Positions 29,837 through 38,929 of a DNA stretch of 64,000 nt are shown piece after piece. The notes beneath the pieces are model-generated. The model saw only the letters and a program-made list of their open reading frames with translations, made no database searches and had not been told where the DNA came from. The position numbers and the translations under genes are program-made. Within the stretch, counting starts at the first letter, position 1. The number at the start of each line of letters is the position of its first letter. The stretch comes from Flavobacteriales bacterium (GTDB taxonomy: Bacteria; Bacteroidota; Bacteroidia; JANQJC01): NCBI GenBank assembly GCA_028281825.1, contig JANQJC010000009.1:8138-72137 (forward strand). The letters run 5' to 3'.

Positions 29837-30442
29837 ATGCTTATCATTGGTGCGGGCGGTTTGGCTACAGACGTAATTACCCATTGGGAGTTGGATGAAA
29901 CCAAAGCTTCAGAGGGCCTGTATTTCTTTGATAACTTCAATAAGGATAAAGATTTTTTGTATGATAAGTACAAAATATACCACACTTTTGAAGAAGTAAA
30001 GCACCATTTTGAAACAATGGACAAGACGTTTTGCGTTTGTATTGGCAATCCGCTAAAAAGAAAGAGGATTACTGAGCAAATTGAAGAACTTGGTGGTGAG
30101 CTAACCCCCATTGTATCCTGTAAAGTATTAACCTATAATCCAAATACGCCACTAGGTGGAGGGGTTGTTTTACAATCGGGCGTTGGTGTATCTTTTAACG
30201 CAGTGATAAAAAAAGGAGTTTTTATTAATGCAGGTACTATTTTAGGACATGATGTTATCTTGCATGAGTATGTTTCAGTTGGACCAGGTGTTATGATTTT
30301 AGGAGGTGCAGAGGTAGGAGAGTGCTCATACATTGGAACTAACGCTGTGATAATGCCAGGGGTTAAAATAGGTAAGATGGTACGCATTGGTGTTGGTAAA
30401 ATAATAGAAGAAGATGTTCCGGATAACTCTAAAATAATATAA
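29837..30442 (+). CDS. Hexapeptide-repeat sugar N-acetyltransferase (PglD/NeuD/VioB family)
   Basis: An N-terminal Rossmann-like segment (LIIGAGGLATDV) is followed by a left-handed beta-helix of hexapeptide repeats (GVFINAGTILGHDVILHEYVSVGPG...). Confidence 0.7.
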   Translation: MLIIGAGGLATDVITHWELDETKASEGLYFFDNFNKDKDFLYDKYKIYHTFEEVKHHFETMDKTFCVCIGNPLKRKRITEQIEELGGELTPIVSCKVLTYNPNTPLGGGVVLQSGVGVSFNAVIKKGVFINAGTILGHDVILHEYVSVGPGVMILGGAEVGECSYIGTNAVIMPGVKIGKMVRIGVGKIIEEDVPDNSKII

Positions 30443-30443
30443 G

Positions 30444-31220
30444 ATGGAATTCTTTTCAGTATGTGAAACCGGAACGGGTCAAGGCGATTTTAAGTTGCTA
30501 TTTGAGAACACTAAAGTGGTGCATGTAAAACACGACTTTCAGCAGGAGTCTATCCCTGATTTTTATAAAGGCCTGGCCAAAACAGTAGGTATTCCCCTTA
30601 TTTATGAGGAAGACCCCGTAACTGGGCAAGTTCATGTTAACAAGTGGACGGAGATTAAGTATGATGCTGATAAAGCCACTGATACCTACAAGCATAGTAA
30701 CAAATCTCAGCCCTTGCATACGGATTATGGTTATTTCTCCTTTGAGATATATTCTGCTTTTTTCTACTGCTCGGCACAAGCCCGATTTGGTGGAGCCACC
30801 ACTTTTATAGATGTAGATAAATTGGTGGAAATCCTAGATTGGGAAAACAAGGAATTACTCAATCAATTGCAGGAAAGGAAGATACAGTTCGGTAGACAAG
30901 GCAATCCCATTGCCCATAATGAGGATTATATTTTGCAGCAAGATAGTGTAGGTTGGAAGATGAACTGGAACTATTATCGCGCCAAAGGAGATACCCAGAA
31001 TCAGGATTTAGTAGAAAACTTTTTTGCTTTTATGAATGATATTGTGGAGAAGAGTGGTGAGTTGACAGAGTTGAAACTACAACCCAACGAAGCAGTATTT
31101 TTTCACGATAGGCGAGTATTACATGGAAGAAATTCGTTTATTGGGGAGCGTCAACTTAATAAGGGTGGAATAGCCAAAGAGTTGCCGCAATCAGTACTTC
31201 AATTATTAGAACTTGCTTAA
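30444..31220 (+). CDS. TauD/TfdA-family (clavaminate-synthase-like) Fe(II)/2OG dioxygenase
   Basis: The HxD motif is LHTDYGYF, a GGATTF block is present, and the distal HxR is VLHGRN. Confidence 0.5.
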   Translation: MEFFSVCETGTGQGDFKLLFENTKVVHVKHDFQQESIPDFYKGLAKTVGIPLIYEEDPVTGQVHVNKWTEIKYDADKATDTYKHSNKSQPLHTDYGYFSFEIYSAFFYCSAQARFGGATTFIDVDKLVEILDWENKELLNQLQERKIQFGRQGNPIAHNEDYILQQDSVGWKMNWNYYRAKGDTQNQDLVENFFAFMNDIVEKSGELTELKLQPNEAVFFHDRRVLHGRNSFIGERQLNKGGIAKELPQSVLQLLELA

Positions 31221-32140
31221 TGGAGCCTGTTAAGGTGAGTGTGGTTGTAGTAACTTACAATCACGAAAAATATATATCTGATGCTATCAAAAGCATATTG
31301 GCCCAAAAGGTCAATTTTAAGATAGAAGTCATTATTGCTGATGATGGCTCCACAGATAACACTCCCACTATAGTTGATCAGTTTGCCAAGAACTATCCTG
31401 ATACAATTGTCCCATTACGCTCTGCCGAAAATCGAGGAGTTTTTCAGAATGCATTCAGTGCCAGGTTTAAGGTGCGGGGGCAGTACATTGCCTTGCTAGA
31501 TGGTGACGATTACTGGGATTATGAGTTGAAGCTACAAAAGCAGGTTGACTTCCTTGATGGGAACAGTGAGTATAATGGTGTCTTCCATGATGCCAAGATT
31601 ACACACATAGATAGCTCTGATAAAGTTCTCTTTGCTCAAAAGCATCTCTATTCTCAAAATTATCTCTTTAAAGAAGAAATTTACCCTTCAGACTTTATCC
31701 AAAGGGAAATTATCTTACCCTCATCATCAGCAATGATTAGATCTTCTGCATTGGATGGAGTGGATATCAGTATCATTAAGAATAACTATTCCTTTTTTTG
31801 GAAAGTTTGTTGTTTTATCATCAGGCAATCTAAGTTTTATTTCATCAATGAGCCTTGGAGTGTATATAGAAACCATCAACAGGGTATATCTAAGCGTAAT
31901 AATTACGAATTCCATACTTCGCATATTAAGTTTTTGGAAACTCTCTTGGAAGAGGAATTTTACAAAAACTATAAGTATAATGTGTGTCAGGCTATTGCTA
32001 ATGAATACAAAGTGCTACTTGATTCAAGCCATGAAGAAGTAAGGAAGAACATAAGGACTATTTTTAAGCAGTATGTCCGTAACGAGGTGCGCAGAATATG
32101 GCATTACAGGAAAAAGGTAATAGGTAAAGGAGAACAGTGA
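31220..32140 (+). CDS. Family 2 glycosyltransferase
   Basis: The GT2 N-terminus is VSVVVVTYNHEKYI...IIADDGSTDNT, with LLDGDDYW downstream. Confidence 0.8.
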   Translation: MEPVKVSVVVVTYNHEKYISDAIKSILAQKVNFKIEVIIADDGSTDNTPTIVDQFAKNYPDTIVPLRSAENRGVFQNAFSARFKVRGQYIALLDGDDYWDYELKLQKQVDFLDGNSEYNGVFHDAKITHIDSSDKVLFAQKHLYSQNYLFKEEIYPSDFIQREIILPSSSAMIRSSALDGVDISIIKNNYSFFWKVCCFIIRQSKFYFINEPWSVYRNHQQGISKRNNYEFHTSHIKFLETLLEEEFYKNYKYNVCQAIANEYKVLLDSSHEEVRKNIRTIFKQYVRNEVRRIWHYRKKVIGKGEQ

Positions 32141-32917
32141 ATGAAGCCAGCCAAGAGTATCCCCCGCATATCACCTATACATAAGACTAAATTTTTCAAA
32201 GAATATGTTTCTCTGGCTAAGCCTGTAATTATTGAAGGTTTGGTAGATGAGTGGCCCGCTTTTGGCAAATGGAGTATGCAGTATTTTGCAGAAAGGTATG
32301 CTAAGGTGGCTCCTGTTACTGTTAAGGTCAAGGATGGGAAACACGATTTTGACTTGGAGCATGGCACTGGCATATTCAACAAGCCTATGGAAGAGACGCT
32401 CAAAAAAATAATGGCTGGAAATGTTAGCGAGGGATATGCCATAGGCACTACTGATGAAGTCTTTCCGCAGGAGCTAAGAGACGATTACCCCACCCCAGGG
32501 TATTGTGCTGATGGTAAGTATTTAAGAGCGCGTATTTTTATTGGGGCAAAAGGCACTATTACCGAAACCCATCAAGACTTGTTCGAGAACCTTTATACTG
32601 TAGTCAAAGGTTCAAAGCGTATTTACCTTTTTGAGCCAAAGGATAGTATATACCCTAACTCCCGTTTCTCAAAGCTGCCCAACTTTGCGCGGACTGACCC
32701 CGAGAATCCCGATTATGAAAACTATCCAAAAATGCGGAATGCCCAACCATATGTTGTAGATTTGAAGGCTGGTGAGACCCTCTTTTTACCAAGCCTGTGG
32801 TGGCATTACGTTAAGAACCAAGAGGAAAGTATAGCTGTGAGTTATTGGTGGGCATATGGATGGAAACTACCTTTGGTGTGGGCCGCAGTGCAGTATAAAA
32901 AGTTCAGGGGTATCTAG
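32141..32917 (+). CDS. JmjC/cupin-8 domain oxygenase
   Basis: The HxD motif is THQDLFEN within a double-stranded beta-helix context. The distal His lies in SLWWHYVKN, which is typical of cupin-8/JmjC hydroxylases. Confidence 0.55.
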   Translation: MKPAKSIPRISPIHKTKFFKEYVSLAKPVIIEGLVDEWPAFGKWSMQYFAERYAKVAPVTVKVKDGKHDFDLEHGTGIFNKPMEETLKKIMAGNVSEGYAIGTTDEVFPQELRDDYPTPGYCADGKYLRARIFIGAKGTITETHQDLFENLYTVVKGSKRIYLFEPKDSIYPNSRFSKLPNFARTDPENPDYENYPKMRNAQPYVVDLKAGETLFLPSLWWHYVKNQEESIAVSYWWAYGWKLPLVWAAVQYKKFRGI

Positions 32918-32952
32918 GTTGGTACATCCAACCGATTCAAGAAAGACTAATA

Positions 32953-34506
32953 ATGGGTAAGAAGCTATTATATAGAATCTTATTGACTGCAATTGTTGTA
33001 GTCACTTCCGTATTTCATAATGACTCATTGAGATATGGCCTTTCTACCGATGGACCTGATGTGTGGGAGTACCAGACGGTAGCCGTCAATTTTTCAGAAT
33101 ATGGGGAGTTTCCCACAATGGGCTTTATTGGAGACGAGCCTTGCTACCAAACTAATATACTTGAAGGCAATACCCTCTCCAACTACATGAAATGTAGGTT
33201 TTCAACCCCTGGACCACTAGTCTATTTGGCGAAACCCCCTGCTTATCCCTTTATACTTGGTTTGGTTTACAAGATATTTGGAGCCAACCTCAAGTATGCC
33301 TACAACCTTAATTTATTATTTTTCATTGGAATCGTCTTTGTGTTGATAGGGATGGGGCAAACCATCAATAATGACTATGGGGTGCTACTTGGAGTATTAG
33401 CAGGGCTTCTATTTGGTACGCAAGTCTATCATAGCTTGTCGGATGTCCTTCCGGCTATCATGATGACTTTCTTTTTTGCCTGCATTGCATGGGTGGGGGT
33501 GTTGGTTGTAAAAACTCCAACACATAAGAAATTCTCCTTGATGGGTATTATGATTGGACTAGGCTTATTGACCAAAGGAGATATCAGTTTTATAGCCATA
33601 CTAATCCCTATTTGCTTAGCTTTCTTCTTATTCCGTATCGATAAGTTGATGACTAAAATGGTGATAATGTTCTTATCCGTTGCCCTCGTGTTACTGCCTT
33701 GGGTTATCTATGCTAACTATTTGAGGGTAAATACACAAACAGAAAGAGTGGAGTGGAAGCAGAAACTGTTAGAATCAGAGCAAGTGTGTGAATTGGATAC
33801 TTCCAAAAGAGAGGAGTGGGAGAATCGAGGCAGTATTATTGAAAACAAAGAGTATCATTCACTAGCAACTCACTTTTATTCAAGATACGCGATTGGAGAT
33901 AAAATGGTGATAATTTCCAATCAAGTTAATAAGGACGAATGGCTTTCAGTGCACAATGAATTTAGTACTGATGGGCATTGGCACCCAGAGTGGAGAGTAA
34001 GGGAAAGTGCCATTTACAATAATAAATATCAAGACAAACCTGTTTTGATGAAGGTCGTCTCATTCTATGCGGATAATCCAAGTCTCTTTTTCAAGATAGC
34101 TATGGCCAAGTTGGTAAGGGCGACAAGTAGTACCAACACCTTTTTGCTGCTTGCTGCATTTTTGTTTGGATGTTTGATGTGGATGTTGGGAATAGGAGTA
34201 GATAAGACGTTTTTAAATGTTATTTTTTTGTTGATTTCAGGGTTAGGATATTTAATATTACACCATCTCAATTTTCAACTTTTAATCGTTTATACCATTA
34301 TATTCTTTTTATCAGGATTATTATTGTTTAGAAGAAACATGATAAAAGACATTCCATTTATATTTCCATTGTTCATTCTAAATACCTTTTTAATCACATT
34401 TATTTTTTATGGAGACGCCAGGTTTGTATACGTGATTGAGCCAATTGCTATCTTTTCAGCCCTTTATTTCCTATCTTCGTTAGTTAAAAGTTTTTTTGAA
34501 CGCTAG
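32953..34506 (+). CDS. Polytopic membrane glycosyltransferase-like protein (GT-C fold, ArnT/PMT-like)
   Basis: N-terminal transmembrane helices are followed by AKPPAYPF in the first periplasmic loop, as in GT39/GT83 enzymes. A soluble middle domain and a C-terminal transmembrane bundle follow. Confidence 0.4.
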   Translation: MGKKLLYRILLTAIVVVTSVFHNDSLRYGLSTDGPDVWEYQTVAVNFSEYGEFPTMGFIGDEPCYQTNILEGNTLSNYMKCRFSTPGPLVYLAKPPAYPFILGLVYKIFGANLKYAYNLNLLFFIGIVFVLIGMGQTINNDYGVLLGVLAGLLFGTQVYHSLSDVLPAIMMTFFFACIAWVGVLVVKTPTHKKFSLMGIMIGLGLLTKGDISFIAILIPICLAFFLFRIDKLMTKMVIMFLSVALVLLPWVIYANYLRVNTQTERVEWKQKLLESEQVCELDTSKREEWENRGSIIENKEYHSLATHFYSRYAIGDKMVIISNQVNKDEWLSVHNEFSTDGHWHPEWRVRESAIYNNKYQDKPVLMKVVSFYADNPSLFFKIAMAKLVRATSSTNTFLLLAAFLFGCLMWMLGIGVDKTFLNVIFLLISGLGYLILHHLNFQLLIVYTIIFFLSGLLLFRRNMIKDIPFIFPLFILNTFLITFIFYGDARFVYVIEPIAIFSALYFLSSLVKSFFER

Positions 34507-34533
34507 GCATACGTTGTAAAGGAGGAGAAAAGC

Positions 34534-35544
34534 ATGGATACTTACAGGTTATTGCAGATGGGTGCTGCTTATGCGCAGAGTTTATCTTCGTTTCACTTAA
34601 ATGGGAAGCCACGCCCGTTTTCTGCTTCTTTTGCGATTACCAATAAGTGTAATTTGAGGTGCACCTATTGTGATTTACCCAATATCAAAGCACCAGAACT
34701 CAATCTGGAGCAAATGGATGTCCTTTTCAGGAAATTGAAGAAAATGGGCGTCTTGAGGCTCGGTATCTTTGGTGGTGAACCCATGGTGAGGAAAGATTTG
34801 GGGGAGATTATCAAATTAGCTAAGAAACGAGGCTTTTTTGTCAGTCTTAACTCCAATATGCTGTTGTATGACAGGTATAAAGATGTGCTTGACCCAGTTG
34901 ATTACTTTTTTGTGAGTATAGATGGCACTGCTGAGAAACATGCAATAAATAGAGGTAAACAGAGCTACGAAAAGATTCTCGAAGCAACTCGGGATTTAGT
35001 AAAACGCAAGAAGAAAGTAACAGCAATATCTGTTGTAACTGACCCTGATAAGTCTATGGCAGATTATATGGTTGACCTAGCTGTGCGTGAGAAGATAGAT
35101 GTGCATTTTCAGCCTGAGTGCTATGATTCAATGTGTGCAGGGAGGACTGCGCCTGACGACCTAGAGCATGAAGCAACAAGGGATTTTTGGTTATACCTGC
35201 TGGAAAAGAAGAAACAGGGAGCTCCCATCACCAGTTCTACTGGTTATTTGAAATTTATCAGTCAATGGCACAATTACAAACAGACTTCGGTATACGATGC
35301 TGAACATCGTTGCATGGCGGGGAGCGGATTTATTTCAATAGATCCTTCTGGTATTGCTTATCCTTGTATTTTTACACAGGGTAATTTTGAAGGGGTTGAC
35401 TTGATGAAGTATAATTGGGAAGATAAATTTGATGGAAAGACCCCTTGCACTACCTGCATTGTAGGTCCTTTGTTGGAGTATAACTTATTGTTTAAGAAAC
35501 CAATAAGGTCTACTATTGAAGCGTTGGGTAAGGCAGTTTATTAA
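34534..35544 (+). CDS. Radical SAM / SPASM(twitch)-domain enzyme
   Basis: The radical SAM motif is ITNKCNLRCTYCD, followed by GIFGGEPM. The C-terminal SPASM-type motif is C-x12-G-x4-C (CMAGSGFISIDPSGIAYPC), with CTTC downstream. Confidence 0.75.
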   Translation: MDTYRLLQMGAAYAQSLSSFHLNGKPRPFSASFAITNKCNLRCTYCDLPNIKAPELNLEQMDVLFRKLKKMGVLRLGIFGGEPMVRKDLGEIIKLAKKRGFFVSLNSNMLLYDRYKDVLDPVDYFFVSIDGTAEKHAINRGKQSYEKILEATRDLVKRKKKVTAISVVTDPDKSMADYMVDLAVREKIDVHFQPECYDSMCAGRTAPDDLEHEATRDFWLYLLEKKKQGAPITSSTGYLKFISQWHNYKQTSVYDAEHRCMAGSGFISIDPSGIAYPCIFTQGNFEGVDLMKYNWEDKFDGKTPCTTCIVGPLLEYNLLFKKPIRSTIEALGKAVY

Positions 35545-35560
35545 AAAAGTATAAGAGCCA

Positions 35561-36409
35561 ATGGCTTCTATGGACATGAATAAAGAAGTGGTTACAAAAG
35601 AGGATTTATTAAAGTACTATGATGAGTGCTGGCTAGAGAGATTTGAGAAGGGCCATAATCCTAAATCACTCGCTATGCACCTTGGTTATTTTACTGAGGA
35701 AAGCATGGATAACGATGCCGCCAAGGTAAATACCAATAAGTTCTTGGCCGAGCATTTAGGTATTAAAAATGATACCAAAGCCAGTTTGGCTGACTTTGGT
35801 TGCGGAATTGGTGGCACTTGCATTTACCTGGCTAAAAACTATCCTAACCTAAGGATAAGTGGTATCAATATTTCTTCAACACAAGTTGATTTTGCCAACA
35901 GGATTAAAGAACAAAACAATATTAATGGCCAAATTGAGTATTTGATTTCAGATTACTCAAAAACGAATCTTGCCGACTCAAGTTTAGATTATGTAATTGC
36001 AGTAGAGAGCATATGCCATGCGGTAGATAAGCAAAAGGTATATTCAGAGGCTTATCGAGTGCTAAAACCAGGGGGGCGCTTCGTATTCATGGACTATTTT
36101 GAAGAGCGAGAAGCTAACACCCCTGAAGAACTAGAATGGTTAAGTGACTTTAGAAAAGGCTGGGCCATTATTGAATATATAAGAAATCACGGTGAATTAC
36201 TTAGCCAGGTAGATTTTAGCCATATCACCCAAACATCGCTTCTGGATAAAGTAGGACCAGGTATTTTAAATTCATATACCAAGGCAGTTGCCAAACTTGG
36301 GGACAATAGCTCTGAGACATTTAATAATCATTTAAAGGCTTGTGTTGCCCTTAAAGAACTTACAGACAGGGGCATTATAGATTATAAGATAATTACCGCT
36401 CAAAAGTAA
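35561..36409 (+). CDS. Class I SAM-dependent methyltransferase
   Basis: Motif I is LADFGCGIGG and the post-I acidic residue is ISGINIS. The scaffold resembles CFA synthase or sterol MTases. Confidence 0.8.
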   Translation: MASMDMNKEVVTKEDLLKYYDECWLERFEKGHNPKSLAMHLGYFTEESMDNDAAKVNTNKFLAEHLGIKNDTKASLADFGCGIGGTCIYLAKNYPNLRISGINISSTQVDFANRIKEQNNINGQIEYLISDYSKTNLADSSLDYVIAVESICHAVDKQKVYSEAYRVLKPGGRFVFMDYFEEREANTPEELEWLSDFRKGWAIIEYIRNHGELLSQVDFSHITQTSLLDKVGPGILNSYTKAVAKLGDNSSETFNNHLKACVALKELTDRGIIDYKIITAQK

Positions 36410-37254
36410 TTGGCATTCGCGGCCAGTTTTACCAGTATCATTGCTATTCCTGCAATTAGAAAAATGGCGCGAGAAATCTTTTGGAATTTCTTTATTTCCT
36501 TGTCTCTCATTATTAGAGACATAATAAGCAAGGTGGCCGTGGGCACAACAAAAGCATAAAACGCGATAGTCTCAATAATGTTGAAAAAGAAGAGTGTATT
36601 CCAGTAAAACAGCGTAAAAGCTATCAGCACGGTTCTTAAAAGCAACACCTTATCTTTTCCAATTCTGACTGCCGTAGTTTTGCTGCCAGTACTTTTGTCA
36701 TCATCGTAGTCCATTATTTCATGATGAAAGTGGCCCGCAGATAAAAGTAAAGCAAAGTTGATAGAAATAGTCAATGATTCTATACCATATTCTTGATAGC
36801 TGCAGTATCCAGTATGAAAATGTAATACACCTGCTAGCAGGTGTATTAAAGTACCTCCTAAAAAAGTTGATTTTAGGCGCAAGGGCTGCAGATAGTAGAA
36901 GCCCCATAAAAGTAATGAGGATAGGCTAAGTATCAGTACAGTGACATTGACAGCATAAGATAACACACCGAACAAAACACAAAAGAGAATGAATAACTGG
37001 ATGTAGGTCTGTTTGGAAATATCACCCACAATTTTCAGTCTTTTAGAGTGTTTGTCCTTTTCATAATCAGCAAAGGAATTCATGGCAAAAACGGCCAACA
37101 CATAGAAGAAAACAAAAAAGAAAACAGTGATATTTTTCAACCAGTTGGTCCAGCCTGAAACATCAGTGAATAAAATGCCTATGAAAGAAAAGCCTGTCAT
37201 CAATAAGATTTCTTTCAAACGCAATGACTTTACTAGTGAAAGTGTTTTGTCCAA
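36400..37254 (-). CDS. UbiA-family prenyltransferase / polyprenyl-phosphate phosphoribosyltransferase-like membrane protein
   Basis: It has eight or nine transmembrane helices. The first Asp-rich motif is NxxxDxxxD (NSFADYEKD) in a cytoplasmic loop. Confidence 0.5.
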   Translation of the reverse strand: MDKTLSLVKSLRLKEILLMTGFSFIGILFTDVSGWTNWLKNITVFFFVFFYVLAVFAMNSFADYEKDKHSKRLKIVGDISKQTYIQLFILFCVLFGVLSYAVNVTVLILSLSSLLLWGFYYLQPLRLKSTFLGGTLIHLLAGVLHFHTGYCSYQEYGIESLTISINFALLLSAGHFHHEIMDYDDDKSTGSKTTAVRIGKDKVLLLRTVLIAFTLFYWNTLFFFNIIETIAFYAFVVPTATLLIMSLIMRDKEIKKFQKISRAIFLIAGIAMILVKLAANANYF

Positions 37255-37294
37255 CGTGGTTCTGTTTCTAGTTTTGCGCAGCTACTATGACCTA

Positions 37295-38782
37295 TTACTT
37301 CATCATTAACTCTTTCAGCGTCTTTCGGTCCAAATTTTCAAGGTAGGCCATCACAACAATTATAATACCTGGGGATAATCTATTTTTAAAAAAGTTATCG
37401 AAGTTGTCACCAAGTTGCTCATGAATATAATCCAATTGAGCCTCAATTTTATCTATCCTTTGTTGCTTTTGTGATGGGGAAATATGTTTATCACATTGAA
37501 TTATTGATACTATTATTTCCCTGGTTAGGCTTTCCATGTCACCTGTATCAGGGTTTTTAAGCAATTTGTCCACTTTGGTTTTGCAGGATAGGTAGAGTTG
37601 ATTATTGTATTCCAGAATGCTGTCTATATCAACAACAGTCGTTGTAGGTAATTTACCTTTTGGAATCCATTCAACGGCTATATCTTTTATGTTCGTTCCT
37701 TTAATAACCAATTCGTCTATCGTGCTTGATAACCTTTCATTGACAAAATAGTGAAGCCTTACCCCTGAATGGTTGCCCACAAAAGTTACTTTTTCAATAT
37801 AGCTTTTAGTGTTTTTTATGTAGGTGCCTATCTCTTCAGAGCCAATGGTAAATATTGAATCGTTGATAGATACTTTCCCTTTTCCCTTTATGTTGTGTAA
37901 AACCAACGGAACTTTAATGGAGCACTCACTACTATCAGCAACCTTTATTTCAGCAAAAGTATATTCAGGGAAATCAGCTCCCTTATAGGGCCAGAAGTAT
38001 TCGGGAAATCTTATCGGAAAAGTCATTGACGATTTTTTTGGCAAGTAGAACCTTATATCGATAGGATTCATTCTGTTATTATATCCTTCATTAATAAAGT
38101 TATCCTCGGTGGTAGCATACATATTCTTTAACGCTTTAGAACTGGACAGGGCTTTTGGGTGAAAAGCAACATTTGATGCATATACCTTTCGGTTCATAAG
38201 GGTGGTATCCTTGGCTATTTCTTCAACACTTGCTACTTTATTATCCTTATTTAGGTAGTAAACTTGATATGAAGGGTCATACATATGCCATTTTCCTTTC
38301 ACGTATACTTCGGGTACCACGTGACCCTCTATGGTCCATATGCGTGATTCAAACATGAGGTCTTTCCATATGAAGGAAAGTAGTGTAGCCATATCATCAC
38401 ACAAACCATTACCGAGTGAGTTTACCATCAGTTCAGGGTAATGCATCCAACCTTCTTCAGAGAAAGGCCTGCAATAATTAATCTTATCAATCACATACAT
38501 CCATGCAAGTCTTTCCAGTGGCTCATTTGGGTGGTCAATTTGCATGTTGTAGATATCATTCAACATATATCCCTTGGCTTTGAAGAAGTGATCTGATTGA
38601 ACTTTGAATACGCTTAGGGTATCACCCTCGTTTTTAATGCTTATGATACAACCTGATGAGTCAGCGCATATATTTTGAAACACGCGCCTTGCTATAATAG
38701 TGTCTCTGATAATACTGGCATTGCTACTCACAAAGCAAGTCAATAGGCACCCCAATATTAGTATGTATCTCTTAATCATCAA
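37295..38782 (-). CDS. Secreted transglutaminase-like (Cys-His-Asp) domain protein
   Basis: There is a signal peptide. The core reads GNGLCDDMATL ... EGHVVPEVYV ... HMYDPS, in the order of a transglutaminase-like cysteine protease triad. Confidence 0.45.
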   Translation of the reverse strand: MMIKRYILILGCLLTCFVSSNASIIRDTIIARRVFQNICADSSGCIISIKNEGDTLSVFKVQSDHFFKAKGYMLNDIYNMQIDHPNEPLERLAWMYVIDKINYCRPFSEEGWMHYPELMVNSLGNGLCDDMATLLSFIWKDLMFESRIWTIEGHVVPEVYVKGKWHMYDPSYQVYYLNKDNKVASVEEIAKDTTLMNRKVYASNVAFHPKALSSSKALKNMYATTEDNFINEGYNNRMNPIDIRFYLPKKSSMTFPIRFPEYFWPYKGADFPEYTFAEIKVADSSECSIKVPLVLHNIKGKGKVSINDSIFTIGSEEIGTYIKNTKSYIEKVTFVGNHSGVRLHYFVNERLSSTIDELVIKGTNIKDIAVEWIPKGKLPTTTVVDIDSILEYNNQLYLSCKTKVDKLLKNPDTGDMESLTREIIVSIIQCDKHISPSQKQQRIDKIEAQLDYIHEQLGDNFDNFFKNRLSPGIIIVVMAYLENLDRKTLKELMMK

Positions 38783-38929
38783 CAGGTTTACTTAGCGTAA
38801 TTAGCAACAAAATTAAGGTATTGTGGTTATATAATGGGCTAGGGGTAACGGGAGCGCAATTTCTTTGCCTCAAATTATTTCCCCATCTTAGCCATGTAAA
38901 ACTATTAATTCATAAAAGTAAATCATTAA

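Noticed and set aside
20021-36409. RiPP (ribosomal peptide) biosynthetic cluster suggested by radical-SAM/SPASM, AsnB-like, JmjC/AspH hydroxylases and an ABC exporter
   Set aside because: No intergenic gap in the locus is larger than ~100 bp, and no small precursor-peptide ORF is visible. The presence of Wzm/Wzt-type transporter, GT2, GT-C-like, PglD-like and SGNH genes fits a glycan or glycolipid pathway better. I kept it only as an alternative within the main finding.
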